DNA of 64,000 nucleotides from Heptranchias perlo (taxonomy: Eukaryota), in assembly GCF_035084215.1 (NCBI RefSeq), contig NC_090340.1, positions 4,278,001-4,342,000 of the forward strand, read 5' to 3'. This document shows positions 1 through 11,919 of the stretch, piece after piece. Positions within the stretch are counted from its first letter, which is position 1. Each line of letters begins with the position of its first letter. The position numbers and the translations under genes were made by a program. Below the pieces are notes generated by a model. The model did not search any database. It had not been told where the DNA came from and saw only the letters and a program-made list of their open reading frames with translations.

Positions 1-890
1 GTCGGCCACAAATTTTGAAATTGTACTTTCGATTCCCGAGTCCAAATCGTTTATGTAAATGGTGAACAACACTGGTCCCAGCAACGATCCTTGTGGAACA
101 CCACTTCCCACCTTTTGCCAGTTTGAGTAACTACCTTTAACCCCCACTCTCTCCTTTCTGTTTTGTAACAAACTTGTTATCTATTCTGCTACTTATCCCC
201 TGACGCAACATGCACTGACCTTAGTCATGAGTTTACTATGTGGTACCTTACCGAAGGCCTTTTGTAAATCCAAATCTATAACATCCACTACATTGCCCTT
301 ATCTACACTTTCTGTAACTCCTTCAAATAATTCAATAATGTTGGTCACGCATGACCTTCCCTTTTGGAATCCGTGCTGACTATTCTTTATTCTCATTTTC
401 GGTTTCGAGATTTTTCTCTATTACATCTTTGAGTAGGATTCCAATATCTTTCCGAATACTAACGTTAAGCTAATTGGTCTATAGTTCCCTGGACTTGTTT
501 TATCTTCCTTTTTAAATGTAGGGATCAGATTAGCTGTCCTCCAGTTCTCTGGCACTATTACTTTTTGTAATGAATTTATATATATATATATATATATATG
601 TAGAAGTGCCTCTACGATCTCTTCCTTAATGCTTTTAGTATGCTTCTGGACCTGGGCATTTATCCTCTCTAAGATTGATTACTTTATCAATTGCCTCCCC
701 CTTTCTATCTTAAAGGTCTTTACATCTTTTTCGATCTCTTCTTCCAACGTCATGCCCACCATATTAGTCTCCCTGGTAAATACTGAAGCAAAGTAATTAC
801 TTAATAATTCTGCCATTTCACTGTCGTTGCCTGTTGGTTTATCTTGTTTATCTATTAGTGGCCCGATCGCTAACCTGATTTTTCTTTTAT
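1..890 (-). mobile_element. CR1 LINE ORF2 fragment (RT region); host element split by the insertion at 891-2170
   Basis: ORF 193-396 reads SQHGFQKGRSCVTN...VDVIDLDLQKAFGKVPH, a CR1 RT motif. Frameshifted; approximate bounds. Confidence 0.9.
576..599. repeat. (TA)n microsatellite
   Basis: Perfect TA run. Confidence 0.95.
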
Positions 891-2170
891 AGGAACATAG
901 GAATATAGGAACAGGAGTCGGCCATTTAGCCGCTCGAGTCTGCTCCGCCATTTGATAAGATCATGGCTGATCTGTGATCTAACTCCATATATCTGCCTTT
1001 GGCACATATCCCTTAATACCTTTGGTTGCCAAAAAGCTATCCATCTCAGATTTAAATTTAGCAATTGAGCTAGCATCAATTGCCGTTTGCGGAAGAAAGT
1101 CCGAACTTCTACCACTCATTGTGTGTAGAAATGTTTTCTATTCTCGCTCCTGAAAGGTCTGGCTCTAATTTTTAGAACGTGCCCCCGACTCCGAGAATCC
1201 CCAACCAGCGGAAATAGTTTCTCTCTATCAACCCTATCTGTCCCCCTTAATATCTTATAAACTTCGATCAGATCACCCCTTAACTTTCTAAAATCTGGAG
1301 AATACAACCCCAATTTGTGCAATCTCTCCTCGTAACTTAACCCTTGAAGTCCGGGTATCATTCCAATAAACTTATGCTGCACTCCCTCCAAGGCCAATAT
1401 GTCCTTCCGAAGGTGTGTGCTAGAACTGCTCACAGTACTCCAGGTGCGGTCTAACCAGGTTTTTGTATAGCTGCAGCATAACTTCTGCCTCCTTGTACTC
1501 TAGTCCTCTAGATATAAAGGCAAGTATTCCATTAGCCTTATTGATTATTTTCTGCACCTGTTCATGACACTTCAATGATCTATGTACCTGAACCCCTAAG
1601 TCCCTTTGGACATCCACAGTTTTTAACTTTTTACCATTTAGAAACTACCCTGTTCTATCCTTTTTTGATCAAAAGTGGATGACCTCACATTTGCCTACAT
1701 TGAATTCCATTTGCCACAGTTTTGCCCATTCACCTAATCTATCAATATCCCTTTGTAATGTTGTGTTTTCATCTACACTGCTTATAATGCCACCAATCTA
1801 TGTGTCATCGGCAAACTTAGATATGAGACTTTCTATGCCTTCATCTAAGTCGTTAATAAACATTGCGAATAATTGAGGCCGTAAGACAGATCCCTGCGGG
1901 ACTCCACAAGTCACATCCTGCCAATGTTAGAACCTAGCCGTTATCCCGACTCTCTGTCACCTTTCGCTCAGCCAACTTGCTAACCAAGTCGGTACTTTTC
2001 CCTCGATTCCATGGGCTTCTATCTTAGCTAACAGTCTCTTATTTGGGACTTTATCAAAAGCGTTCTGGAAGTCCATATAAATATCATCCATTGACATTCC
2101 CCTGTCCACTACTTTATTCAACTCTTCATAAAATTTAATCAGTTTTGTCAGGCACGACCTACCTTTCACA
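891..2170 (-). mobile_element. 5'-truncated CR1 LINE inserted into an older CR1
   Basis: RT C-terminal motifs ([25 protein letters not shown]) and a ggaacata-type 3' terminal repeat. tttat flanks both sides (886-890 and 2171-2175), and the host frame rejoins as HINNK|RKIRLAIGPL. Confidence 0.9.
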
Positions 2171-3710
2171 TTTATTATTTATGTGTCTGTAGAATAATTT
2201 GCTATTTTTTTGATATTCCTTGATAATTTAATTTTGTGCTTTCTTTTTGCCTTCCTAATTGCTTTTATGACTTATTTCCTAACCCTTTCCTATTCCCTTT
2301 TGTCATCCTCTCGTTTTTTGTCTGCGTCTTTAGTGTATGAATTTTTCTTCAGTTTCAATTTGGCCCTTATTTCTTTATTCATCCATGGTGTGTCATTACT
2401 GTCGAGTTTTTTCTTGCTTTTTCGTGGGATATATTTCTCCTGGACTCTTGTGATCACCGTTTTATACATTTCCCACTGCCGTTCTATTTCTTTCATTGTC
2501 AGTAATTTTTTCCAGTTGATTTTTCCTAGTTCCATTCTCATCTTCTGAAAATCAACTTTTTCACCCAATTTATTACTTTTGCCTTTGTCTTACTTACTTC
2601 CTTCTCAATCTTTACCTTAAACCTTTTTATGTTGTGATCACTATTGCCTAGATGTTCTGCTAAGCTTTATTTTCTTATTTGTCCTGGTTCATTTCCCATT
2701 ACTAGATCCAGCAGTGCTTCCTCTCTTGTTGAGCTTTCTACGCACTGAGTGAGAATCTGTCCTGCACACATTGTAAAAACTCTATTCTCTGTACCCCTTT
2801 TGTACCTCTTCTTGCCTACTCCTACTCCTATCTCTTATGGTCTCTTATGGATTATGCTCTCTTCTTGACAGTTTATTGGGGATGGGTAAAATTGCCTACA
2901 TACTTGTTCCTCTACCTCCTCCCACTATTAGGTGGTCTATAGTGGATCCCCATTCGCGTGATCGTGATAGTGGATCCCCATTCGCGTGATCGATCTCTTA
3001 TGTTTGATTTCAATCCACATAGAATCTGTTTCTATCCTTCTGTTAGTTATGTCCCTTTTTTCTAATGCCATTATATTATCCCTAATTAGTACAGCAACTC
3101 CATCTCCCTTTCTTTCTCCCTATCCTTTGTGATTAAACCTGCAATATTCACTTGCTAGTCCTTTTCTTTATGGAGCCATGTTTCACTTATTCCTACTACA
3201 TCTGTTTCCTCATTTCGGATTATTGCCTCCAGTTCCCCCGTTTTATTTCGGACGCTGTGTACATTGCTGGGCAGATAGTTTAAATCGTCCTTTTTACTTG
3301 TTTCATTCAATTTTACACGTTTTACCTTATCATTTTTCTTATTTGTCACTCCCACTTTGTTGATTTCAGCTTTTTTATTGTTTCCCAGACCCGGAGTATA
3401 TATGGTTTCTACAACACTGGCCTGGATTTTACTCTGGTCCCTTGTTCTTACTCTTGTTTTTTCTTTTTTACTAATATTTTTCTCTGAACCGCCCCCCTTA
3501 TCGAGTTAAAGTCTTATTAACCACCCTATTTATCCTTTCCACTGGGACCTTGCTCCCAGCTGTTTCAGATGCAGCCCGTCGCAACTGTACAGCTCCTTCC
3601 TGTCCTATTACTGGTGCCAGTGTCCCATGAAAAAGAACCCGTCTTTCCCACTCTAATCCTTCAGCCACGTGTTTATTTCCTGATCTGTTTGTCCCTATGC
3701 CATTTCGCAT
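2171..3710 (-). mobile_element. CR1 LINE upstream part (ORF2 endonuclease/tether and ORF1 end)
   Basis: Fragments NVHSVRNKTGELEA..DVVGISETWL (APE endonuclease) and PWMNKEIRAKLK. Confidence 0.85.
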
Positions 3711-3889
3711 CAATGCAGCGACTGAAGGGAATGCCGATTTCTTGCAGCATGTTTCCTCATGTTCTTAACATTGTAGCAAATTCGCCCACTCCACGATCTA
3801 AAAAATCGCGTCTGTGATCTGGGCACACGCGGGAAATGGAAATCGCTAACTTGGCACTGCCGGCCTGTGACTTTGTGCTTTTTTTTCAA

Positions 3890-4225
3890 TTCATTCTGGA
3901 GATGCGCGCATGCTGGCAAGGCTGGCATTTATTACCCATCCCTAGTTACTTTGAGAAGTTAGTGGTGGGCTTGCTAGGACACTTCAGAGGGCAGTTAAGC
4001 GTCAACCTCACTGGTTTGGGACTGCAGTCACAAAGAGGTCAAACTAGGTGAATACGGCAGGTTTCGTTCCCTGAAGGACATTAGTGAACCACATAGGGAT
4101 TTAAGACAATCCAACAGCTTCATGCTCACTCTTGCTGATACCAACTATATATGCGGATTTTTAAAACTTAATTCAAAATCTCAAACTGCCATGTAGGATT
4201 TGAATTCGCATTCTCTGGGTTTCGT
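3890..4225 (-). mobile_element. tRNA-head SINE sharing its 5' head and 3' tail with the LINE at 13096-16548
   Basis: The reverse complement contains tagggatgggtaataaatgcc (matches the LINE 3' end near 16480-16505) and a B-box-like ttcaaatcc followed by ggcagtttgag. Confidence 0.65.
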
Positions 4226-4633
4226 CCAGACTTATTTAATGGACACAAAATCATGGAGTGCGGTTGTACAATTGCGCAATATATTGCCCGCTGTGTTCAG
4301 GAGACAACAGCAGATATTTTTTTTTCTGTTCACTACAGTTGATGGAAACTTTTAAGCTATATGTTGATGGTTACTTAAACTATATGTTGCTTCACAATCT
4401 GGAGGTGACAATTCGAAGTCGGGTGCCTCTGACTTACTGTCACAGATACCGACAAGTCTAATGTTTCTACGCCTGTTTGTTGCATAATTACTGGTATCAC
4501 TCTGCACTATTTTTGTATAAATCTTTACAACGACAGAATAACGCGGGGCAAATCATTTCAATGCTAGTTTTACGCTCGGACTCTTCTTTATATTTACATT
4601 CGAAATATAATGGAATAGATTATGGAAACATAC

Positions 4634-4677
4634 CGGCTGTTTGCAATGGTCTGAGCTTTCATCGTCGTTCTGCGCTC
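4634..4677 (-). CDS. VJ-C1 gene A, exon 5 (cytoplasmic, 44 nt): GAQNDDESSDHCKQP
   Basis: ttcattaccag|GAGCG...CAGCCG|gtatgt, phase 1 to 0. Same length, phase and donor as the gene B exon at 54645-54688. Confidence 0.75.
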
Positions 4678-4757
4678 CTGGTAATGAACGAATTTCAAGA
4701 CTTTACAATGAAGCATTTCATTAGCTTAGAAATACACTAAGTGGTGGACTTAATGTA

Positions 4758-5200
4758 AGAACATAAGAACATAAAGCATAAAAAATAAGAGCAGGTGTAG
4801 GCCATACGCACTCGAGCCTACACCGCCATTTAATAAAATCAGGGCTGATCTTCGAACTCAACTCCACTTTCCCGCCTGATCCCCATATCCCTAAATTCCC
4901 ATAGAGTCCAAAAATCTATCGATCTCATTCTTGAATAAACTCAACTACTGAGCACCCACAGCCCCCTGAGTTGAAGAATTCCAAATATTCACGACCTTCT
5001 GAGTGAAGAAATTCCTCCTCGTTTCAGTCCTAAATGGTCGACCCCTTACCCTGAGACTGTGCCCCCTAGTTCTCGACTCTCCAGTCAGGGGAAATAGCGT
5101 CTCAGCATCTACCCTCTCAAGGCCTCTCAGAACCTTATGTTTCAATGAGATCACCTCTCATTGTTCTAAATACCAGAGAGTATAGGCTCATTCTACTCAA
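4758..5200 (-). mobile_element. CR1 LINE 3' end in a gene A intron
   Basis: LFPLTGESRTRGHSLRVRGRPFRTETRRNFFTQ plus aagaacat terminal repeats. Confidence 0.9.
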
Positions 5201-5782
5201 TGTAAAATATTACATGATCTTGATATCATATTTAAGGAATTGCTTAGATTCTGACCTGTGATTAACAATAATGACGGCATTGATCATCTACCGACGGGGT
5301 CTTGCACGCAGCAGCAGGATGATTGGAAAATCCCAGGAACACTGCCCACTATTCCATGTCCATTGTCCTGAATGGATGGAAAGTCGCAGGCGATGAAAGA
5401 TTGTTTTCCAATACAGATCCCGCTGAGTGCCAGTCTCAGCAGATGGCTGGGGGGTGCTGGGAAATTCCGCTGCATTTTACGCAGCATGTAAGAAATTCGA
5501 ATCTACCTCCACACCAGTAGTGATAAAAATCATAGTCCACAAATTAGTTGTTGAAATTTGTATAAATGAAACAGACTGTGGTGAAAGTGAAGGGACCCTT
5601 ATACTTTTCAACCTAAGGGAAATCGATAATCACCAACAGTTCCAGTTCCTGTGTGACAGCGTAACTGCACTTTGACCGTTAAGTTACAATCAACTCCTTT
5701 TCTATCTACATGTAACAGGAACTTCCCGCTCTCTCTTCGAAAGTTGTGTTTACATTAATAAAAATACTAAATGATTACTTAC

Positions 5783-5893
5783 CTTTATTCTTCTTTGAGA
5801 GACATCGCTTCCCGATGATGAGAACTAATACCGCGAATACCAACCCGACCCCTGCACATGCAGAAATCAGCAAGTAACGGGTGATCTGACCAC
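5783..5893 (-). CDS. VJ-C1 gene A, exon 4 (transmembrane): GGQITRYLLISACAGVGLVFAVLVLIIGKRCLSKKNK
   Basis: ctaatag|GTGGT...AATAAAG|gtaagt; 111 nt, phase 1-1. Hydrophobic ~21 aa stretch followed by a basic stop-transfer segment. Confidence 0.9.
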
Positions 5894-6512
5894 CTATTAG
5901 ATTTAGATGAAATATATAAATATGAAGTAGTACACTATTCAATTCAACAAGATCACGACTTAAAAGATCGTGAATATTTTAATCAATTTTTGCTATTTTA
6001 TTACTTTTTATTTAAAGTATAGTTTTATGAAACAAAATAAAACATGAGCTATGTTTAATTTTTCATTCTTGTGAAATAAGTTATATTTACATTATGTTTC
6101 CTTATACTCAAATCTGATTGCAATAAGACTTCGATATAAGTGTGATAATGATTAATTTGTTACTTTATAAGAAGCTAATAACTGTTGCTAAAATTATAGA
6201 TGTCTGCAGGTTGCGAGCACGGTTTAAGTGATGTAGGAAACAGCGGTCCAGCTCCGATGCGTTGCGACTTGGGGAACGGCAGGATACGGCTTACATCCCG
6301 ATATTGTCACAAGCGTCAGTTCCATATCTCGACCGTGACTCCCACTGGGGCAGGTGATGCTGAACTGCTGTTGCAGAGGCTTTGGAGCAGTACACCTGGC
6401 ATAACTCCACAGATTTGATGATGGAGGTGGGGCCGGGTCTGGAGGGAGGGGGGTGGGGAGCGATCACAGTAATCGGTTCTATTTGCAGGATAACTGAGAT
6501 CTGCTATCTTAC

Positions 6513-6821
6513 CTATAGGATAGGTGACAATGTGAGTGGCCGTGGCTGGAATTTGTAATGTAACGTGAGACACCAGGCAGGTATAAACAGTTCCAGTTGG
6601 AACAGGCGGTGTATCATCCAAACGGCTGGAAGCTTCATATAGTCCATCGGTGTTGAGTTGTATAACGTTACTTATCTCTGTTGTAGTTTTGGTCCCATCT
6701 TTATACCAAGTGAAGGTGATATTCTGCGGGTAAAACGGAGATGTCGCGCACACAATAGTCAGAGACGCAGATGAATCCTTTTCATGTTCTTGAGAGGTAA
6801 TTTTCAGCGGAGTTGGCGGAA
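6513..6821 (-). CDS. VJ-C1 gene A, exon 3 (Ig C1-set domain)
   Basis: tttttctag|TTCCG...CCTATAG|gtaaga; 309 nt, phase 1-1. C1 motifs [43 protein letters not shown]. Confidence 0.95.
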
Positions 6822-6984
6822 CTAGAAAAATTGAGGAAAGCAACGTTACTCGGGCATCAGTCAAGGTCATCAACAGTCGCTTTGTTTCGTCCGAATCCGG
6901 ACAGCACGATGAGGGGAGATATTCACTGTGCGCTATCGGTAGCGACATCGTAAACGGCATCTTCGTAAATGTTCACATTATCTC

Positions 6985-7105
6985 GGGGGTAATTTTATCT
7001 TTTATCCCCGGGCGATAAAGGGTGACCGCTGATGGGAAAGAAAATCGGGCGGCCGATTAACTATCGCCTGTTTTGCGGTACCGCTGCCGACCAATTCCAC
7101 CCCTT
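6985..7105. mobile_element. Short imperfect-palindrome MITE-like repeat
   Basis: ggggtaatttt...aattccacccc termini; related copies near 12646/20059, 32648 and 36893. Confidence 0.5.
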
Positions 7106-7730
7106 TAATTATAGCAGCTGATGATAAAGTACAATTTTCCCAAACGCGAGGGACTTTGACACAAAGTTTCTGGATGATATCCTATTTACTGGAGGCTAAA
7201 AAGATGATGAAAATATGGCGTGCGTGGCTCAAGTTACTGAGTGCGGACTTTAACTGTTAGTCACACCCGGCTTTCAACGATCTTAACATAAAGACCATTA
7301 AGTTACAAATGAGCGAATCTGAATTCCAATAGAAACGGTCAGCCTTCCCGAACCAATACAGACAAAATAAACCAACGAACTGGTTAAGATTTTGCTTACT
7401 TTGGCAGATCCGCGTTGGTATCCAATGCTGTCGAGATATATATATCCTTAACGGATACTGCAATTTTAACTTAATATGCTTGTTGTATAAATGCTGACTG
7501 TGTGTGTTTGGGCTAAAATTACTACCAGATAATCCTCTTGTTGATTAATATTGCTAAAATATTGTAATACCCAATAGCATGTAACGTGTAGCAGCCTACA
7601 TGCAATTTGAATTTATAAATACAAAACGATTGGAATGTAAGTTGCAATGTGAATCCTTCAAAGCACACCAGAGAAATGATTCGAATATTACAGTCACAGA
7701 GATCGCATTCGTCGCTATTTTCATACTTAC

Positions 7731-8051
7731 CCCATACTGCTAAATATGATCCAGTTCCGTTTCCAGCTATTCTCCCTTGATGGGCGACAGTGCAATAATA
7801 CAATCCCGAGTCCTTTACAGTCACATTGATTAACCGAAGGAAGCCGCTGAATTTAGTTTTGAAGCCAGTTACTTTTCTCTCATCAGGTCCTGTGCTGAGA
7901 TATTTATTATCACCCTGTTTCCACCAGTGCACGTTCACACGTGGGCCGTCTTGAAATAAGGGAATCGAGCAATGAAAGGAGACGCTTGTACCTAAGATTG
8001 CGCTCGCGCTTCCAGGGAGTTGAGTCACTTTGACCGAAGTATCGCCGGAGT
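7731..8051 (-). CDS. VJ-C1 gene A, exon 2 (Ig V-set domain with fused J-like strand)
   Basis: ttttccgatag|ACTCC...GTATGGG|gtaagt; 321 nt, phase 1-1. VKVTQLP..GTSVSFHC..VHWWKQ..LRLINVTVKDSGLYYC..AGNGTGSYLAVW. Confidence 0.95.
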
Positions 8052-8223
8052 CTATCGGAAAAGAAAATCAAAAACGAATTAGCGAGATTGTGTTACAGGA
8101 GAAAAGGCGCGAGGGTAAGGGAGTCAGGCAAAGAGTCCAAACGACAGTGATACATTTTATATGAAAGTAAAGTATCTACTTGCGCGTTTTAGCTATAAAG
8201 CGGGTTGTAGAAGAAACAGGTAC

Positions 8224-8278
8224 CTATGGAAATGATTCCCAGAACAGAGATGCAATGAAGTACAACGCTCACCAACAT
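8224..8278 (-). CDS. VJ-C1 gene A, exon 1 (signal peptide): MLVSVVLHCISVLGIISI
   Basis: ATG at 8278; 55 nt ending in phase 1 at ATAG|gtacct; hydrophobic; 172-nt intron to the V exon. A homologous segment precedes gene B. Confidence 0.8.
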
Positions 8279-8280
8279 TC

Positions 8281-8370
8281 TGAGCCAATTAATCACTCGG
8301 AGCGACAGACCGTGAACTGGCTGATGGTTTGTAAGAACACTGAGGGGCCGGAGTATGAAATACGTCACAA
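8281..8370 (-). promoter_or_regulatory. Putative proximal promoter/5' UTR of gene A
   Basis: agccaat (CCAAT box) and atggtttgtaag occur upstream of both paralogs; TGACGTA CRE-like site near 8361-8367. Confidence 0.4.
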
Positions 8371-9659
8371 TGAAGCATGATACTGTCAATGGATTCAGAA
8401 AATGCCCTTTTTTGTCTGTTTGGTGAGATTTGCTGAAACAATTGTATATTCGCCAGAAGAGGGCGCAGCTCGGAATTTTAAGTTTTTGCAGCTGGACCGG
8501 CCCAGCCACGGGACCTTCCAACCGAAGGAAAACTGTGAAGAAAAGGTTATGCACTCGTTTCGGAATTGCAGATTACAGTGCACTGCGCCTAGTATTTCCA
8601 CGGGAGTTTTCTGACGGTAGACCGGTGGAATCCCATGAAGATTGGTATCCTGGTGTTGAATTTCCTTTGAATTTATTCGCCAAACCTGCACAATCTTAGC
8701 AGGGAGGAGTAAAACGGAGAGGGGACAGGACGTCTTGAAACACCGGCCCTTGTCCCTCACTGTGATTATCTCTAGAAGTGGAGGAGATCAGAAGAATTAC
8801 AGGCACCTTATTGGCGGAGGTAAGGAAATGACGTGTGTAACAGATGATATCACTCATTCCAAATCCGTTATTTATGCCAGGATTACCCCGTCTGTCGCTG
8901 GAGTCGATACCTGCAGCAGGGCATCGAGGTAGAAGTAACCTTTTAAAATATGTTTTTGGTTCTACAAGCACTGCCAGTAACTTGGCAATTTATGAATTGG
9001 AGCCGGCCTGCAATCTATCTATGTCTCGTCTTTGGGGTAGAAGGGAATGTTTTCCCTTAGATCTCACACAAGCTTCACTATGGGTTTCCCAAAAGGGAAT
9101 GTTCTCCACAGTATCTTAACCGGGATATAATAAGATTAGGGGATGAGCATCACAGGGAACATAGTTCATTGGGCATCACAAGATGAGAATAAGGCCTAGG
9201 CCAATCATCCCTCCAAAAAGTCTCTCAAGAGATATAACCGGGGAGACTTCACTGACAAAAGAATCTCTGGATGAGAAGCCAGACCTGAAACCAGCTTCCA
9301 CCTCTAGCACATCACTTAGTCTCGGCGGGGTCATTATCCATGGGACAGGACAGTTGGCTAGACCACCCAGGTTGACATGATGTTCTTCCCCCAAAAGATC
9401 AGTTACCTCGACAGGAGAAGCTTCCTCTCCCTCAATGTCCAGATTGTGTCTGATAACATGCACAGGATCCTACGTTTCAATGTGAGATATGCTTGAAGTT
9501 GTCACGACAGATTCATCCATTAAAATTCGACTGTCCCTGACCGCCACTGGGAGTAAAATTACGTCAACGGATGGCTTGCAGGTGACAAAACCTACCTCCT
9601 GTTCTCATTGAAAACGATCCAATGAAGCGTGGCTTGAACAACAGCAGGGGAGCGCTACA

Positions 9660-10500
9660 ATGAGACACATACCACTGAATGATTTGTGATTGAAATGTCA
9701 ATCAGTGCTGTGGATAGTACACACTGCAGCTACAGTGAAGGGAGTGGATGCTGAAAATGGTGGATGGGCTGCTAATCAAGTGGAATATTTTGCTCTGGAT
9801 GGTGCGTAGTTTCTTGAGTGTTGTTGCAGCTGCACCCATTCAGCGAAGTGGAGAGTATAACATCATACTCCTGCTTATGCATTCTGGGTAGTGGTAGTGG
9901 GGATTCTTTGGGGAATCAGGAGGTGAGCCATTCGCCACATAACATAGGGACTCTGACCAGCACTAGTACCCACGGCTTTTATGTGGGTGGCCCAGTTGAG
10001 GGTTTGATTAATGGCGACCCCCGGGTGTTTATGGTGGCAGACTCGAAGATGGTCATGCCATTGAATGTCAAGGCCAGGCGGTTAGGCTGTCTCTTGTTGA
10101 AGATGCCACTGACTAACATTTGCATGATGTAAATGTTACTTTCCACTTATGAGCTGAAATCTGGAGCTCTCACTGCGTGCTAGCGAGGACTGTATCATGA
10201 GCTGAGGAATTGTAAATGGAGCTGCACACTGAACAATCATCACCCCCACTTATGACCTTATGATGGAGGAAATGCCATTGTTGAAGCAGATGAAGATAGT
10301 TGGGCCTCGGACTTTGCCCCGGGGACAAGATGATTCTCCTCCAAAAATCCCAATCATCTTTCTTTGTGTCAGCTATGACTCTAACCGCTGGAGAGGTTTC
10401 CCCCTGATCCCCATTGATTTCAGTTTTATTAGGGCTCTTTGGCGCCGCACTCAGCAGAATGCATTTGCCGCCTTTGTCATCTAGGTGATTACCACCTACC
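9660..10500 (-). mobile_element. Decayed fragment of the CR1-group LINE family seen at 13096-16548
   Basis: Antisense peptides match those of the 15.5-16.3 kb region (LKQMKIVGPRTLP, SQEVSHSP-like). Confidence 0.8.
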
Positions 10501-11900
10501 ACTCTATTAATTGGCAGCATGCCTGGTGAAGAGGGAGGTAAATAGGGTTTCACTGACGCCACTTAAAGGCAGCCAGTTCTTCTTAAAGGGGAAGTGCACT
10601 CTTCGCTGCAGACAGCAGTGAACGTTTCTGAAGAAAGAAAGGCATACACCAGGAAATGTAAGGTGCACTGGGCAGCCTGTCAGCGGGCTTGCGAGCAAAG
10701 GGTCAGAACAAGGAGAAGTCCAGCTCCAACTTGTGTCAGGGCTGGGTGCAGAGCATGGGGACCATCCTATTCAACATTGGTTGAGTGTGAGCTCCATTAA
10801 GACCACAGTGGCAACCACCATGATGAATCCATTGCTGACAGCTCTGACAGTTTCCATGGCAGCTCCCACTGCTGGTGTGGAAGCTTACATGGTGCCATCT
10901 TGGCTGTGGGGGGCAGTATTACCACGGGCTTCATGAATGTCACATCACTCCTGCACTCAGTTCTCACGCAGAGCCATCGGAATGCTGAGGCAGAATACCA
11001 GGAGATTGGACTTGGCTCCATGAGGCAGGCATTGTTGTCCTCTCTGAGAATGACCACATGACCGCTCCCTCAACACCCACTCCGCTAGTGCCACACAGCA
11101 AGCTGGGTCAGACTGCCGCGGCCCACCCTGAGATGCTGCTTTCTGCAGCCGTACCTTAAGGCACAGAGATGCGTGAGGTCGCTCACCCCGGCGATCTGAA
11201 GTGCTCTCTATGGAAGCTCAGCAGACTTCCACCTCCCAAGCTGCAGGCACTGGGGAAACACCTCGTAGGGGCAATAGGACAGATACACTAGCGCATGAGA
11301 TAGGAACGAAGTGGTAGATAAGGAAAATTCTTAACTATTCTTGTGGACAGATGCACAGATGGAATTAAGTTGTTGCATAATTTTTTTCTGGATTCGAATT
11401 CTGTGTTAATATTTGCAGTGAAATGAGCGCAAGACCCATCAGGCTGGACTGAAGGAAGGCAATCGGATGATGGAAGCAAGGACGATGGTGTTTAGGATTG
11501 TGGGAATGTTGGTATTTTGGGGATGAGAGGGATGGTTCACGTGAAACGCTCTTGGATGAGCTGCTGTCTAAGAACTCTGGCATCTAGGGGCGCTGGTGGT
11601 CGATGTTGGTCTGTTCCTCCTCTTCTTCATGCTGCTCATCGTCCGCCTCCTTCTGCTCCTGCTGAAACCTTTGCTTCCCAGGTGGTGGCAAGTGTTGGTC
11701 CCTCATTATAGTGAAGTTATGCAGCTTACACCACATGCCCACAAATCTAGCTACCCGGTCAGGATTGTACTGCAAAGCTCCTCCCACCAGTCCAAGCAGT
11801 GGGAGAGTTGCTTGAGCTCGCGCACTTAATTATATTTCCGGTAGTAGAATGGTACTCACTGCATGCCTGCTCTGTGGTTGTGCCCGGGTTCCTGACAGGA
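10500..11900 (-). mobile_element. PIF/Harbinger DNA transposon remnant
   Basis: ORF 11584-11787 GGALQYNPDRVARFVGMWCKLHNF resembles the C-terminus of Harbinger/HARBI1-type transposases. Left bound uncertain. Confidence 0.65.
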
Positions 11901-11919
11901 GTCACGAGTCCTGTTGGAG

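Noticed and set aside
6316-6960. 214-aa ORF as a single-exon protein (likewise 7522-8028, 55803-56231, 59420-59890)
   Set aside because: These ORFs are Ig exons read through into intron sequence; splice sites bound the real domains.
7731-8051. Rearranging TCR/Ig V segment
   Set aside because: The G strand is in the same exon, a splice donor follows directly, and no RSS or separate D/J segments are seen before the C1 exon.
11584-11787. Host HARBI1 gene
   Set aside because: Only a short decayed transposase C-terminus embedded among repeats.
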